Origin: an uncultured Candidatus Saccharibacteria bacterium
Lineage (GTDB): Bacteria > Patescibacteriota > Dojkabacteria > J137
NCBI GenBank assembly: GCA_965230975.1
Contig: OZ246402.1
Span: 309,304 to 373,303 of the forward strand
Direction: 5' to 3'
DNA length: 64,000 bases
In this document: in pieces, positions 9,683 through 19,484 of the stretch
How the letters are laid out: each line of letters begins with the position of its first letter
How positions within the stretch are numbered: position 1 is the stretch's first letter
Made by a program: the position numbers and the translations under genes
The notes under the pieces: generated by a model
What the model was told of the DNA's origin: nothing
The model's database searches: none
Seen by the model: the letters and a program-made list of their open reading frames with translations, nothing else

Positions 9683-9691
9683 TGATATAAT
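9683..9691 (+). promoter_or_regulatory. Candidate extended -10 promoter element (TGaTATAAT) upstream of rplS
   Basis: TG at 9683-9684 and TATAAT at 9686-9691, about 48 nt upstream of the rplS start. No good -35 element. Confidence 0.25.
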
Positions 9692-9738
9692 TACGAGCCT
9701 AAATCCCGGCACGTTATTTTTAAATCAAAGGTTAGATT

Positions 9739-10224
9739 ATGAGCCAACAATTAATTCAAGAAGTACATAAAAATTCTATTACAAAAAAAGTCCCAGAAAT
9801 TAAACCGGGGTTTACAATTGAAGTAGATACAATTATTAGAGAAGGTAACAAGCAAAGAGTACAAAAATTTAAAGGTTTAGTAATTGCTATTACAGGAACT
9901 GGTGCAAATCAAGTTGTTACAATTAGAAAAATCTCTTATGGAGTTGGTGTTGAAAAAAAACTTTTGCTTCATTCACCAAATATTGGTGCAGTTAAAGTAA
10001 TTAAAACTGAGCCAACAAGAAGATCAAAGCTTTACTTTATGAGAAGTAGAGTAGGTAAGAACGCAATGAGAATTAAAAAAGGTAAAGCAACTTTTGTTAC
10101 AGATCAAGATGAATTTATGTCTCAAGATTTAGAATCAGAAATGCCAATGGAAGAAGTTGTAACTTCTGAAGTTGCAGCTGAGGTTGTAGAAACTCCAGTA
10201 GAAACAACTGAAACTCAAGCGTAA
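9739..10224 (+). CDS. rplS: 50S ribosomal protein L19 with an acidic C-terminal extension
   Basis: 'VPEIKPGFTIEVDTIIREGNKQRVQKFKGLVIAI...TIRKISYGVGVEKKLLLHSP' matches L19. It has about 45 extra acidic residues at the C-terminus. Confidence 0.9.
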   Translation: MSQQLIQEVHKNSITKKVPEIKPGFTIEVDTIIREGNKQRVQKFKGLVIAITGTGANQVVTIRKISYGVGVEKKLLLHSPNIGAVKVIKTEPTRRSKLYFMRSRVGKNAMRIKKGKATFVTDQDEFMSQDLESEMPMEEVVTSEVAAEVVETPVETTETQA

Positions 10225-10240
10225 TAAAAAACAAGAATTT

Positions 10241-10270
10241 AAAAAAGCTCCTGAAAAGGAGCTTTTTTTA
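10241..10270 (+). terminator. Rho-independent terminator after rplS
   Basis: agctcct-gaaa-aggagct followed by T7. Confidence 0.6.
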
Positions 10271-10359
10271 TATCTCAATATTATAGTTATAAAATAACTT
10301 TTGTTATGCTATAAAAAACATTTAGGCTAAAATAAATAGTTACTTGTTAAATAAAATTT

Positions 10360-10761
10360 ATGGACAATTGTGTGTTTTGTAAAATAGTAAAAGGTGAGTT
10401 ACCTGCACATAAGATTCTTGAAAATGATAATTATTTGGCATTTTTAGATATTTTTCCAAGAAATACAGCTCAAACTGTTGTAATTCCTAAAAAACATTTA
10501 CACTCTAAACTTACTGAAAATGATAAAGACGAGGTAGTTAAATTAATGGATTTTGCGTTAGACGTTGCACAAAAGATAGAGCAAAAGCTACTAGAAGTTG
10601 AAAGATGCCAATTCGTTATTGAAGGTTTAGAACTCGATCATATGCATTTCAAACTATTTCCAGCATTCTTTCCAGAGCCAAAAGAACATGTAGTCAGTCA
10701 AAGTGGGGTTAGGGCAAATGAGGATGAACTTCAAAAGATTGCCAATGTAATTAATTCGTAA
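10360..10761 (+). CDS. HIT-family (histidine triad) nucleotide hydrolase
   Basis: N-terminal 'CVFCKI' and the histidine triad 'LDHMHFKLFP'. 133 aa. Confidence 0.8.
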   Translation: MDNCVFCKIVKGELPAHKILENDNYLAFLDIFPRNTAQTVVIPKKHLHSKLTENDKDEVVKLMDFALDVAQKIEQKLLEVERCQFVIEGLELDHMHFKLFPAFFPEPKEHVVSQSGVRANEDELQKIANVINS

Positions 10762-10763
10762 GT

Positions 10764-11384
10764 ATGAAAGTCTCGTTACAGCTAGATAAGGATTTTTTAA
10801 TTCTTAAAGAAAAAGGATATACCAAGATTGTTGGCATAGATGAAGTTGGAAGGGGTTCCTGGGCTGGCCCAGTCGCAGTTGGGGCATATTGTGTAGATTT
10901 AAACACCCAATGGATAAATGGCATAAATGATTCTAAGCAGGTTAGTTTAAAAAATCGAGAAAAGTTAGTAGATACTTTGTCTGCACATATTCATTCTATT
11001 CACTTAGGCTCCGTGGAAAATATAAATAAGTATGGAATTGGTAAGTCAATTACATTTTTAATTCAAGAGATTGTAGAAAAATATAATAATTCAGATACTT
11101 TCTTTTTAATTGATGGTCAATTTTCACAGGATTTTGGCACAAATTCGTTAAAAGTTATAAAAGGAGATGCTACTTATTATTCTATTGCAGCAGCGTCAAT
11201 CTTAGCTAAAGTGTATAGAGACAATCTAATGAAAGAATTACATAAAACATATCCTCACTATGGATTTTTAACGAATGTTGGTTACCCTTCCAAATCGCAT
11301 ATTCAGGCGTTAAAAATCCACGGTCCAACACCAATTCACAGAACAAGCTTTACACCGATAGGAGAGATGCTAATCAACTCATAA
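10764..11384 (+). CDS. rnhB: Ribonuclease HII
   Basis: 'IVGIDEVGRGSWAGPVAVGAYCV' matches the RNase HII catalytic motif DE(A/V)GRG. Confidence 0.85.
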   Translation: MKVSLQLDKDFLILKEKGYTKIVGIDEVGRGSWAGPVAVGAYCVDLNTQWINGINDSKQVSLKNREKLVDTLSAHIHSIHLGSVENINKYGIGKSITFLIQEIVEKYNNSDTFFLIDGQFSQDFGTNSLKVIKGDATYYSIAAASILAKVYRDNLMKELHKTYPHYGFLTNVGYPSKSHIQALKIHGPTPIHRTSFTPIGEMLINS

Positions 11385-11431
11385 TAATATATGGTTCAAA
11401 ACAATCTCATTTTAGTGTAAGATATTTTTGT

Positions 11432-11857
11432 ATGGCAAAAATATATATTGTTGCTTCGGTGGTGCTTTTTATCTTATCCGCATTTGTAGCGATTCTTTCT
11501 TATGTGCAGTACGATAGAAGTGTTAACTATTGGGGAAATGAGTGGAATGGAAGTATTTGGCTAAGCTCTGGTAATAAAAATGTCGCTGATATTAGGCTTT
11601 CAAAACAAGGTAAGGTTGGCCTTGGTTATGTTGAAAATTTATATGATGGCATACACATTAAATTTTATGATAATGGCATTGAGCTTAATTCTATAATAAG
11701 CCCTAATGAAGTATCTATTTATAAATTTGATACTCAAAATAATTTAGTGCTTGCCAACTATTCGGATCTAGTTAATCGAATAGGAGGTATTGTAGATATT
11801 ACCTACTATAAAAAATTTAGTTCCAATGCTATTTATGTAAATAATATAGTTTTATGA
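11432..11857 (+). CDS. Hypothetical membrane-anchored protein
   Basis: 141 aa. One N-terminal TM segment ('IYIVASVVLFILSAFVAILSYV'). Its stop overlaps the next ORF's start by 4 nt. Confidence 0.45.
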   Translation: MAKIYIVASVVLFILSAFVAILSYVQYDRSVNYWGNEWNGSIWLSSGNKNVADIRLSKQGKVGLGYVENLYDGIHIKFYDNGIELNSIISPNEVSIYKFDTQNNLVLANYSDLVNRIGGIVDITYYKKFSSNAIYVNNIVL

Positions 11858-12225
11858 AGATTGCTTATATACTAATAAATATTTTAACCATAATGCTAAT
11901 AGGTGCATCTATTTTCTTTTTCTTGATTTCTAGAAATACTATAAATAAAGGTGACTTTAATCTAGAATATGTAATATCTTTAGAGGATAAAAGTATTACA
12001 TTTAAAAATAATGAACTTAATATTACAGATTTAGAAAATCAAGAATTTAGCATTAAAGCATCTAGTTATGTTGGTGATATAAAGCTTTTAAGTTCGATGT
12101 TTGGTGTTATAAAACAAGGAGATAATGAGGAATTATGGGTAAATAAAGGGGATTGTAATTATATATCTATAACATTTGTATCTGCGGATAAAATTAATAA
12201 TTTATACTGTATTAAATCTATCTAA
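11854..12225 (+). CDS. Hypothetical membrane-anchored protein
   Basis: 123 aa with an N-terminal TM segment. It is translationally coupled to both flanking ORFs (ATGA overlap at 11854 and TAATG overlap at 12225). Confidence 0.45.
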   Translation: MKIAYILINILTIMLIGASIFFFLISRNTINKGDFNLEYVISLEDKSITFKNNELNITDLENQEFSIKASSYVGDIKLLSSMFGVIKQGDNEELWVNKGDCNYISITFVSADKINNLYCIKSI

Positions 12226-14849
12226 TGAAACAAAAACTATTATTTACATTAATTCTGAGTGTAGCTTTTTCACTCTCAGGGTTTATTTTACCTGCTACAC
12301 ATACAAAGGTTTCTGCACAGGCTTGTACTTGTTGGCCTCCGGGAGCTACATCTGACCAAGGTTGTATGGCCTATGGATGTCCTACTGGAACAAGAAGGGT
12401 ATGTAATTGCAATGCGGGAGGTTCAGGAGGTGCCTGCACACCCGTTGCAGGTTGTGGGTCAACTTGTGGAGGATCATGGAGCTGTTATTGTCAACCTGAT
12501 GCATCATGCGGCGGCGGAGGAGGTGGTACAGCTTGCACACCAAATGCTCAAAGATGTAATGGTTGTGACAGAGTCCAATGCTTATCGGATGGTTCTGGTG
12601 AAATAATTATAGGTCCAGGTTCGTGTTGTACACCACCGCCCCCAGCATGCACTTCTACAGCACCTGCTGCAACAACCTTGGTGTCTCCTTCGAATAATGT
12701 AACTATACCCTCTAATTCTACGACGCTAAATTGGAATTCCAACAGTGCTTGGGGAACAGGATGTCCTTCAAACAATAATCAATACAGGGTGTTTTTAAGT
12801 CAAAATTGTACGGGAACATATACTAATATTGCAAATGTGGCCAGTTCTGTAACAAACTATAATCTATCGGGATTAACTTATGGAAGTTCTTATTGCTGGT
12901 ACGTTCAAACTTCAAATGGAAGTCAAACAGCAAATAGTGCTGTTTGGAGATTCACAGTGAATAACAATCCCTCTATAACTAGTTCCACTTTTGGTGCAGA
13001 TAGTTGTGGTTACAGTACTACAGGAAGGTTTGATTCAATATCCCCTAACAAAGTAAATCCTTTGACTTTTAATGTAGGTTTTAGTGATCCCGAGGCAGAT
13101 TTATTATCCGGAATCTTTATAGGTTTTGTTCCACAAAGTGCGTTAAATGCAAATACAGTCACATATGACCAGGTGTATTCTGCAGCTACAAATAATAATT
13201 CAATTGTAACTTTGCTGGGCTATTCAACTGCTGGGGTTCTGCAGAATAACTGGAGTTATAATATGCAATCTGGTGGGGTTGAAGTTCAAAATACTCCTGG
13301 TACAGCGACCCTCTTAGGTGCAGGTACTACTTCTAAAGTTACATACATAAGTCCTGGTAATTGGAACAGTAGTGTTACTATTAGGTTTGGAAATACATAT
13401 CCATCAGGCTTACAAAATGTTTATGTGATGGCAACTGTTTTGAACCCAGATGGAACTTATTCCACACCAAACCAGGGTTCATCGAGTTTATTAATGATGA
13501 CTAAAGTGGCAACCTGGTCATTTGATATGACTAATCCAACCGGCTCAATTGTATTAAGCAACTATGTTGGCAGTAATTTTACTGCTGCATGGAGTGGTTC
13601 AGATGCAAGTGGGTTAAAAAATGCATATTCGTATATTATTGCAGGTAGTAGTGGATCGACACTAACAGATACAACTGGTGGATACGCAATTAACCCACTA
13701 GGCACTGCAGATATGAATTACCCAACACCTTCAAACGCTGGTATTGGAATTGCTAATTTGCCAACTACTAGGAATTATACATTTACAGGTGTGTCTGACT
13801 ACACACTTAAACTAGCATTAGAAGACAGAGCTTGTAACGTTTATACTGCAACTGCAGGAGCAGTTATACCTACCTCATGGATATATTCTCGAGAAGGTAT
13901 AGTTTCTGCAAATGGAGGTATTTTAAACATTAAGATTCCAACTACAGTAGGGTCAATGAATATTACTGATTTAATAACACCGAACCCACCAACCGGTAAT
14001 AGTTCTTCACCTTATACAACCGCAAATAACTTTGTTGCAGAATCTCCATTGAAACTTGGTACAGGTAGTGTAATATCAGGGACTGGTACACTTCCTACTC
14101 CAGTAGCAACTATTTCTGCCAAAGATAGGTATACTTACAACTATTCTAATCAAGCTACGACGCCAGATACTAGATCAAATACAACTAATTGGTATAGTTA
14201 TGTTCTAGATTTGCTAAATAGTAATAATGCAAGCAATATACTTGCAGAAGGAACTTCTGGTTCTATTTATATTAGCGGTTCGGTTAGCACCTATCTAAAT
14301 GCAGTACTACAATTTTATAGAGGCCCAAGTGCACTTTCAGATACAACATCTATCTATACAATTCATATCCCATCTGGGCAAATGATATTTAATACCCTTA
14401 ACTGTGATAGAAGAGTTGTATTTATCTCTCCAAACCCAATGACACTTGTTCCAAACATAACTCGTAGTGGAACTGGAGGGTGCATTTTTGTGTCTGGTGG
14501 TAACGTCACTGTCTCTGCAGGTGGAAACTTAACTACAACTCCGCTTGCTACGGGTGGTAATTCCTCTTACGATGTCATAAACGGTTATATAATTTCTAAC
14601 GGAAGTTTTATATCAACTAAAGATAATGCTCAATCAGGTCCAAGCGATACTCCAGCTACAAGACAATGGGATGGGATGCTAATCAAAGGTGGTGTTTTGG
14701 CAACCAATGTAAGCTTAAATAGAAGCTTAAATTCTAGTGGAAATGCAGATCAACCTGCAGAAATTTATCAGTACGATCCATTCTATTCACTTACCTTTAA
14801 AGATGCATTGGCAAGCAGATTCTACACAATTAGAGAATATATTCCATAA
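12225..14849 (+). CDS. Large secreted Cys-rich surface protein (signal peptide, ~110-aa Cys/Gly-rich module, Fn3-like domain, long Ser/Thr/Asn-rich beta-rich region)
   Basis: 874 aa. Predicted signal peptide ending 'VSAQA'. Cys-rich stretch CTCWPPG...CCTPPPPAC. An Fn3-like segment 'LNWNSNSAWG...YCWYVQTSNG...WRFTV'. No C-terminal anchor. Confidence 0.6.
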   Translation: MKQKLLFTLILSVAFSLSGFILPATHTKVSAQACTCWPPGATSDQGCMAYGCPTGTRRVCNCNAGGSGGACTPVAGCGSTCGGSWSCYCQPDASCGGGGGGTACTPNAQRCNGCDRVQCLSDGSGEIIIGPGSCCTPPPPACTSTAPAATTLVSPSNNVTIPSNSTTLNWNSNSAWGTGCPSNNNQYRVFLSQNCTGTYTNIANVASSVTNYNLSGLTYGSSYCWYVQTSNGSQTANSAVWRFTVNNNPSITSSTFGADSCGYSTTGRFDSISPNKVNPLTFNVGFSDPEADLLSGIFIGFVPQSALNANTVTYDQVYSAATNNNSIVTLLGYSTAGVLQNNWSYNMQSGGVEVQNTPGTATLLGAGTTSKVTYISPGNWNSSVTIRFGNTYPSGLQNVYVMATVLNPDGTYSTPNQGSSSLLMMTKVATWSFDMTNPTGSIVLSNYVGSNFTAAWSGSDASGLKNAYSYIIAGSSGSTLTDTTGGYAINPLGTADMNYPTPSNAGIGIANLPTTRNYTFTGVSDYTLKLALEDRACNVYTATAGAVIPTSWIYSREGIVSANGGILNIKIPTTVGSMNITDLITPNPPTGNSSSPYTTANNFVAESPLKLGTGSVISGTGTLPTPVATISAKDRYTYNYSNQATTPDTRSNTTNWYSYVLDLLNSNNASNILAEGTSGSIYISGSVSTYLNAVLQFYRGPSALSDTTSIYTIHIPSGQMIFNTLNCDRRVVFISPNPMTLVPNITRSGTGGCIFVSGGNVTVSAGGNLTTTPLATGGNSSYDVINGYIISNGSFISTKDNAQSGPSDTPATRQWDGMLIKGGVLATNVSLNRSLNSSGNADQPAEIYQYDPFYSLTFKDALASRFYTIREYIP

Positions 14850-14876
14850 GATTAAGGTGTAGTATATAATTCTTTA

Positions 14877-15329
14877 ATGATTGTAAAAGAACTAAACCTT
14901 GTCCATCAAGAAAACCTTGTAGTTGAAATTAAAGAAGACACAGAACTACTCTTTAAATATGTTGGTATTAAAGATACCCAATTTAAAACTAAGGTTACTT
15001 TTCTACATAAATTACCAAATATAAAATCTAGAATAAATATTAGAGCGGTAGTTTTTGATAATGCTAAATTTGATCTAGAAGGTATATTGCAAATAGATAA
15101 AGGAGCAACAGGTACGGATACTTATTTAAAAATAGATTGTTTGGTTGTTGGAGATAATTCTTTTGCAAGAGCAATTCCATCTTTGGAGATAAAAGAATCA
15201 GAAGTTAAAGGAGGTCACGGAGCGACTATAGGTTATATAGATGAATCCCAACTTAATTATTTATACTCCAAGGGTTTAAGTAAACATATTTCAGAACAGC
15301 TTGTAGTAGACGCCTTTATTAATTCCTAA
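14877..15329 (+). CDS. Mini SufB/SufD-like protein (C-terminal beta-helix/SufC-interaction domain only)
   Basis: 'VKGGHGATIGYIDESQLNYLYSKGLSKHISEQLVVDAFI' aligns with the SufD/SufB C-terminal motif (SHGATVGRIDDEQIFYLRSRGI...AF). The ORF is bounded upstream by an in-frame TAA at 14853, so it is only 150 aa. Confidence 0.6.
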   Translation: MIVKELNLVHQENLVVEIKEDTELLFKYVGIKDTQFKTKVTFLHKLPNIKSRINIRAVVFDNAKFDLEGILQIDKGATGTDTYLKIDCLVVGDNSFARAIPSLEIKESEVKGGHGATIGYIDESQLNYLYSKGLSKHISEQLVVDAFINS

Positions 15330-15378
15330 AAAGTAATATAATGCACTTACCTAACTTATTAAATTTTATTTTTAGCAT

Positions 15379-15891
15379 ATGTCAGATGTATCAAGTTCTC
15401 CTGTTCAACCAGTAAGCCAATCTACTAAAAAAAGTAATACTGGCAAGATTCTAATTGGATGTTGTTTAGTAATTTTAGTTTTGTTGTGCATGTGTTGTGG
15501 TGCAGTGTTTTTGCTTTTTGGAACAACAGCAACAACTGCCATGACAGTTTACAATAACGTACAAACATCATTAGTTAAAGTGTGTGATGGTCAAGAATCA
15601 GATTTAAGAAATTTTTACGATACAAGAACTACTCAAGAATTTAAGGCTCAAACATCTTATTCTCAATTTAAATCTTTTTATACAAACTATAAAGATATTA
15701 TTTTAGATTGCCAAGAATTAAAACAAGGCACTTTCTTTAATAACAAAATTAATGGGTTACAAATTAATATGGAAACAGTGAATGGAATACAAACACTTAG
15801 CGTACAGTATCCATCAAAATCTTACACTGTTAGTTTTCAATTTGTTCAACAATCTAACGATTGGAAAATTAACACTATTGAAATTAGGTAA
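15379..15891 (+). CDS. Hypothetical membrane-anchored protein (Pro/Val-rich N-tail, Cys-rich TM)
   Basis: 170 aa. 'SSPVQPVSQSTKKSNTGK' is followed by the TM segment 'ILIGCCLVILVLLCMCCGAVFLLF'. Confidence 0.5.
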   Translation: MSDVSSSPVQPVSQSTKKSNTGKILIGCCLVILVLLCMCCGAVFLLFGTTATTAMTVYNNVQTSLVKVCDGQESDLRNFYDTRTTQEFKAQTSYSQFKSFYTNYKDIILDCQELKQGTFFNNKINGLQINMETVNGIQTLSVQYPSKSYTVSFQFVQQSNDWKINTIEIR

Positions 15892-16050
15892 TCTATTATA
15901 ATAACTACTCATTGAAACTTTAGCGAATTTTTGGGATAATCCGTAGCAGATTTTTATTCGTATCCCAAGGTTGGTAGTTTTATATTATGGTAATCAATTT
16001 GCCAAACTAAAAAACTTACAACTTTTAACTTATTTACTTAAAACTTTAAT

Positions 16051-18198
16051 ATGGCAAGTACAGTAGACTATTCCAAGGTTAAGGACACAAAGTTCTATAG
16101 AAACATTGGAATTATTGCGCACGTAGATGCTGGTAAAACAACAACTACAGAAAGAATTCTTTTCTTTACAGGAAGAAAACACAAAACAGGAGAAGTTCAC
16201 GAAGGAGCAGCAGAAATGGACTTCATGGCTCAAGAAAGAGAAAGAGGAATTACAATCCAATCTGCAGCTACAACTGCTTTTTGGGAATTAAACGGTCACC
16301 CTTACAGAATTAACATTATTGATACACCCGGCCATGTTGACTTTACAGCAGAAGTAGAAAGATCTTTAAGAGTGTTAGATGGAGCAATCGTTGTATTCGA
16401 TGGAAAGATGGGTGTAGAACCACAATCTTCAAAGGTATGGTTCCAAGCAGAAAAATATAGAGTACCAAGAATGTGTTACGTAAATAAACTTGATAACATT
16501 GGTGCAGACTTTTACAAATCTTACGGTACAATTGTAGAACACTTGAGCGACCATGCTGTTCCAATTTCATTACCATTTGGCTTAGAAAACGATTTCAAAG
16601 GAATTATTGACTTAGTAAGAATGCAAGCTAGAGTTCATCAAGATGATGAAGGTAAAGTAGTAGATGTTATTGATATTCCAGAAGAATACAAAGCAAAAGC
16701 AGAAGAATACAGAACAAAATTGATCGAAGTTGTTGCAGATGTTGACGATGACATTGCAATGAAATACTTAGAAGGAGAAGAAATTTCTGCAGAAGAATTA
16801 GAAGTAGGGGTAAGAAAAGCAACATTGGCTTTGAAATTGTTCCCAGTAATGGCAGGTTCATCTTTGAAAAACAAAGGCGTTCAAGCAATGCTTGATAACG
16901 TTTGTAGGTACTTACCTTCCCCTCACGATAAATCATTTACAATTACAGATAAATCTACCGGAGAAGAAAAAATTTATAAAGACGAGGTTCCTGGTACAGA
17001 TCCAAGAACAGGTGAAATCATTACTAGAAAATTATCTGACACAGAACCATTTGCAGGTTTAGTATTCAAATTAGCTATTGACCCACATGTTGGTAACTTA
17101 TCTTTCTTTAGAGTTTACTCTGGTAAACTTCAATCTGGTAGTTATGTATATAACTCAACTACAGGCAATAAAGAAAGAGTAGGAAGAATTCTTTTGATGC
17201 ATGCTAACCACAGAGAAGAGGTTCAAGAGGTTAGAGCAGGAGATATTGCTGCAATTGTTGGTTTAAAAGATACAAAGACTGGAAATACAGTTTGTGATGA
17301 ATCTAAACAAATTAGATTAGAATCAATTGAATTCCCAGAACCAGTTGTGAACTTTGCTATTGAGCCAAAAACAAAATCTGACCAAGAAAAATTAGGTGTT
17401 GCATTAGGTAAGTTGGTTTCTGAAGACCCAACATTCAGAGCAAAAACAGATGAAGAAACAGGTCAAATTGTTATTTCAGGAATGGGAGAACTACATTTAG
17501 ACATTAAAGTAGATATTTTAAAAAGAGAGTACGGAATCGAAGTAGCTATGGGTAAACCTCAAGTAGCATACAGAGAAACTGTAGTTTCTGATGGTGAACA
17601 TAGAGAATTGTTAAAGAAGCAATCTGGTGGAGCTGGTCAATATGCAGATATTGCATTTAAGATTCACCCACAAGAGAGAGGTGCTGGATATAAGTTTATA
17701 GATAACATTAAAGGTGGAGCTATTCCAAGAGAATATATTCCAGCAATTGATAAAGGTATTCAAGATGCTCTAACAAATGGTCCATTAGGTGGATATCCAG
17801 TTGTAGATGTTGCTGTTGAAATTACAGATGGTTCGTACCACGAAGTTGACTCTAATACAGATACATTTAAAATTTGTGCTTACTATGGTTTCAAAAACTT
17901 AATGAAAGCCGCAAATCCAGTATTATTAGAGCCGATCATGGCAGTTACAATTAATGTTCCAGAAGAGCATGTTGGAGCTGTTACAGGTTATTTATCTTCT
18001 AAAAGAGGTATTATTAAAAACCTTTTACAAAGAGGTAAGACAAAAGAGCTTGTTGCAGAGGCACCTTTGGCAGAACTTTTTGGTTATGTTTCAGATTTAA
18101 GAAACTTAACATCTGGTACTGCTGCACCTAATATGGAACCTTCTCACTATGCAGAAGTTCCAAGAAATATTATGGAAAAAGTATTAGCTGCTAAATAA
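16051..18198 (+). CDS. fusA: Elongation factor G
   Basis: G1 'IAHVDAGKTTTTERILF', 'DTPGHVDF', and full-length domains II-V. 715 aa. Confidence 0.95.
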   Translation: MASTVDYSKVKDTKFYRNIGIIAHVDAGKTTTTERILFFTGRKHKTGEVHEGAAEMDFMAQERERGITIQSAATTAFWELNGHPYRINIIDTPGHVDFTAEVERSLRVLDGAIVVFDGKMGVEPQSSKVWFQAEKYRVPRMCYVNKLDNIGADFYKSYGTIVEHLSDHAVPISLPFGLENDFKGIIDLVRMQARVHQDDEGKVVDVIDIPEEYKAKAEEYRTKLIEVVADVDDDIAMKYLEGEEISAEELEVGVRKATLALKLFPVMAGSSLKNKGVQAMLDNVCRYLPSPHDKSFTITDKSTGEEKIYKDEVPGTDPRTGEIITRKLSDTEPFAGLVFKLAIDPHVGNLSFFRVYSGKLQSGSYVYNSTTGNKERVGRILLMHANHREEVQEVRAGDIAAIVGLKDTKTGNTVCDESKQIRLESIEFPEPVVNFAIEPKTKSDQEKLGVALGKLVSEDPTFRAKTDEETGQIVISGMGELHLDIKVDILKREYGIEVAMGKPQVAYRETVVSDGEHRELLKKQSGGAGQYADIAFKIHPQERGAGYKFIDNIKGGAIPREYIPAIDKGIQDALTNGPLGGYPVVDVAVEITDGSYHEVDSNTDTFKICAYYGFKNLMKAANPVLLEPIMAVTINVPEEHVGAVTGYLSSKRGIIKNLLQRGKTKELVAEAPLAELFGYVSDLRNLTSGTAAPNMEPSHYAEVPRNIMEKVLAAK

Positions 18199-18214
18199 GT
18201 TTAACTAAACTTTA

Positions 18215-18253
18215 AAACCCGCCGAAGAATTAAGTATTCGGCGGTTTTTTTTG
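18215..18253 (+). terminator. Rho-independent terminator after fusA
   Basis: acccgccgaa-(10 nt loop)-ttcggcggt followed by T8. Confidence 0.65.
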
Positions 18254-18354
18254 CTTTCATTTTATAATGACACTTATCTCATAGTAAAAACTAGCTTGAA
18301 GATAAATAAATTTAGGGAATATAATGCAATATTATAATTTTTTAAGAAATTAGC

Positions 18355-18681
18355 ATGTCATACGATGTAAGTTTTGAATTTTTAGAGCATAGTGCACATT
18401 CTACTGTTGAAGGATCAGTTTTTCGTTTTGCTAACAAACCAATTGAAAATGAGTTTGGGTCTCTTCTAGGTCAATTCCCAACACTAAAATCATCTTGGGA
18501 TCGATTAAGTATTGCCTTGGATTTATCAGAATATAATCTTGCACAAAAAAGTTTTAGAGATAATGTAGCAATTTTGGTAGATCAAAATTTATTATCTAGT
18601 GATTCTGCAGATTATTTAATTAGCATTCAAATACAACACAATTTGTTCACCCATCTGAGGACGAACTATAGATTCCAATAA
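18355..18681 (+). CDS. Hypothetical protein
   Basis: 108-aa ORF. No recognisable motif. Confidence 0.4.
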   Translation: MSYDVSFEFLEHSAHSTVEGSVFRFANKPIENEFGSLLGQFPTLKSSWDRLSIALDLSEYNLAQKSFRDNVAILVDQNLLSSDSADYLISIQIQHNLFTHLRTNYRFQ

Positions 18682-18708
18682 TATTATATTTATAAAAAGT
18701 AAAACTAT

Positions 18709-18957
18709 ATGGAAACTGCTAACGATGAAACAATTTATCAACATACTAATTTACCAGATACTCTAGCTGCTGATTTGATGAAATCTTTCTCCAGAGCTAG
18801 GGATCAATCATCTGCAGTAAAATTTTATAAACTTTGGCTCATGTATTCCGAAGTTTATCCAGAAAGTTATTTTGTTGGGTCATTTAACCTTGCTTTAGAT
18901 AAATTGGATAAAAAGTTTGGAATATTTAGTGCGGTAGCTAAAACAGAAGAAGCTTAA
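18709..18957 (+). CDS. Hypothetical protein
   Basis: 82-aa ORF, 27 nt downstream of the previous ORF. Confidence 0.4.
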   Translation: METANDETIYQHTNLPDTLAADLMKSFSRARDQSSAVKFYKLWLMYSEVYPESYFVGSFNLALDKLDKKFGIFSAVAKTEEA

Positions 18958-18961
18958 TTAC

Positions 18962-19417
18962 TTACATTTCTAAATATTGCTCGCTAATTCCATAGTTGGA
19001 GTTGTTTATCTTTAATAAAATGCACTCAATAAATTGAATATCATTTTCAATATCTATTAAACTTCTATCAAACCTGGTAGATTGCCCCTTTTTCATTCTC
19101 AAAATTGTAAGTCTTCGTTCTGTAGCTAATTTACGAGATAAAATTTGAAATCTTCTCAATATTTGATCAATAGACATATTTGATCCAATAGCTAATACCT
19201 CCTCGATTAACTGAATATGTTCATTAAGGATATGGATATTTGCGTTAAGACTATCACTCACATCGGGTGCATCATGATCAGTTTCCACTTGAGTTTGAAA
19301 GTTATCCCTAAGTCTTACAAACCCATCATGGAGTCTTATTAAATCAGTAAAGGGTAGGGAATTTGCAATACCATCTTTTAATGTAAGGCTAGAAGTACTA
19401 GTTAGGTCTAAAGCCAT
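18962..19417 (-). CDS. Hypothetical protein (last gene of a minus-strand DUF2207-patatin operon)
   Basis: 151-aa ORF, 67 nt downstream of the patatin gene on the same strand. No recognisable motif. Confidence 0.45.
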   Translation of the reverse strand: MALDLTSTSSLTLKDGIANSLPFTDLIRLHDGFVRLRDNFQTQVETDHDAPDVSDSLNANIHILNEHIQLIEEVLAIGSNMSIDQILRRFQILSRKLATERRLTILRMKKGQSTRFDRSLIDIENDIQFIECILLKINNSNYGISEQYLEM

Positions 19418-19484
19418 TTATTGTGTCTTAAATGCTTAGAATCTTACCACTAACTTAACTCAAGTAAATACCTTATAGAAATTT

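Noticed and set aside
12373-12775. Opposite-strand ORFs (12373..12606 +, 12548..12775 -) inside the 874-aa Cys-rich gene. The same pattern occurs at 45887..47285 inside the 899-aa gene.
   Set aside because: They lie entirely within long, well-supported ORFs in locally GC-richer, low-complexity coding sequence. They look like typical shadow ORFs, not genes.
16030-16936. Short minus-strand ORFs overlapping fusA (16030..16260, 16343..16576, 16638..16936)
   Set aside because: They are antisense to a highly conserved EF-G coding region and have an odd composition.
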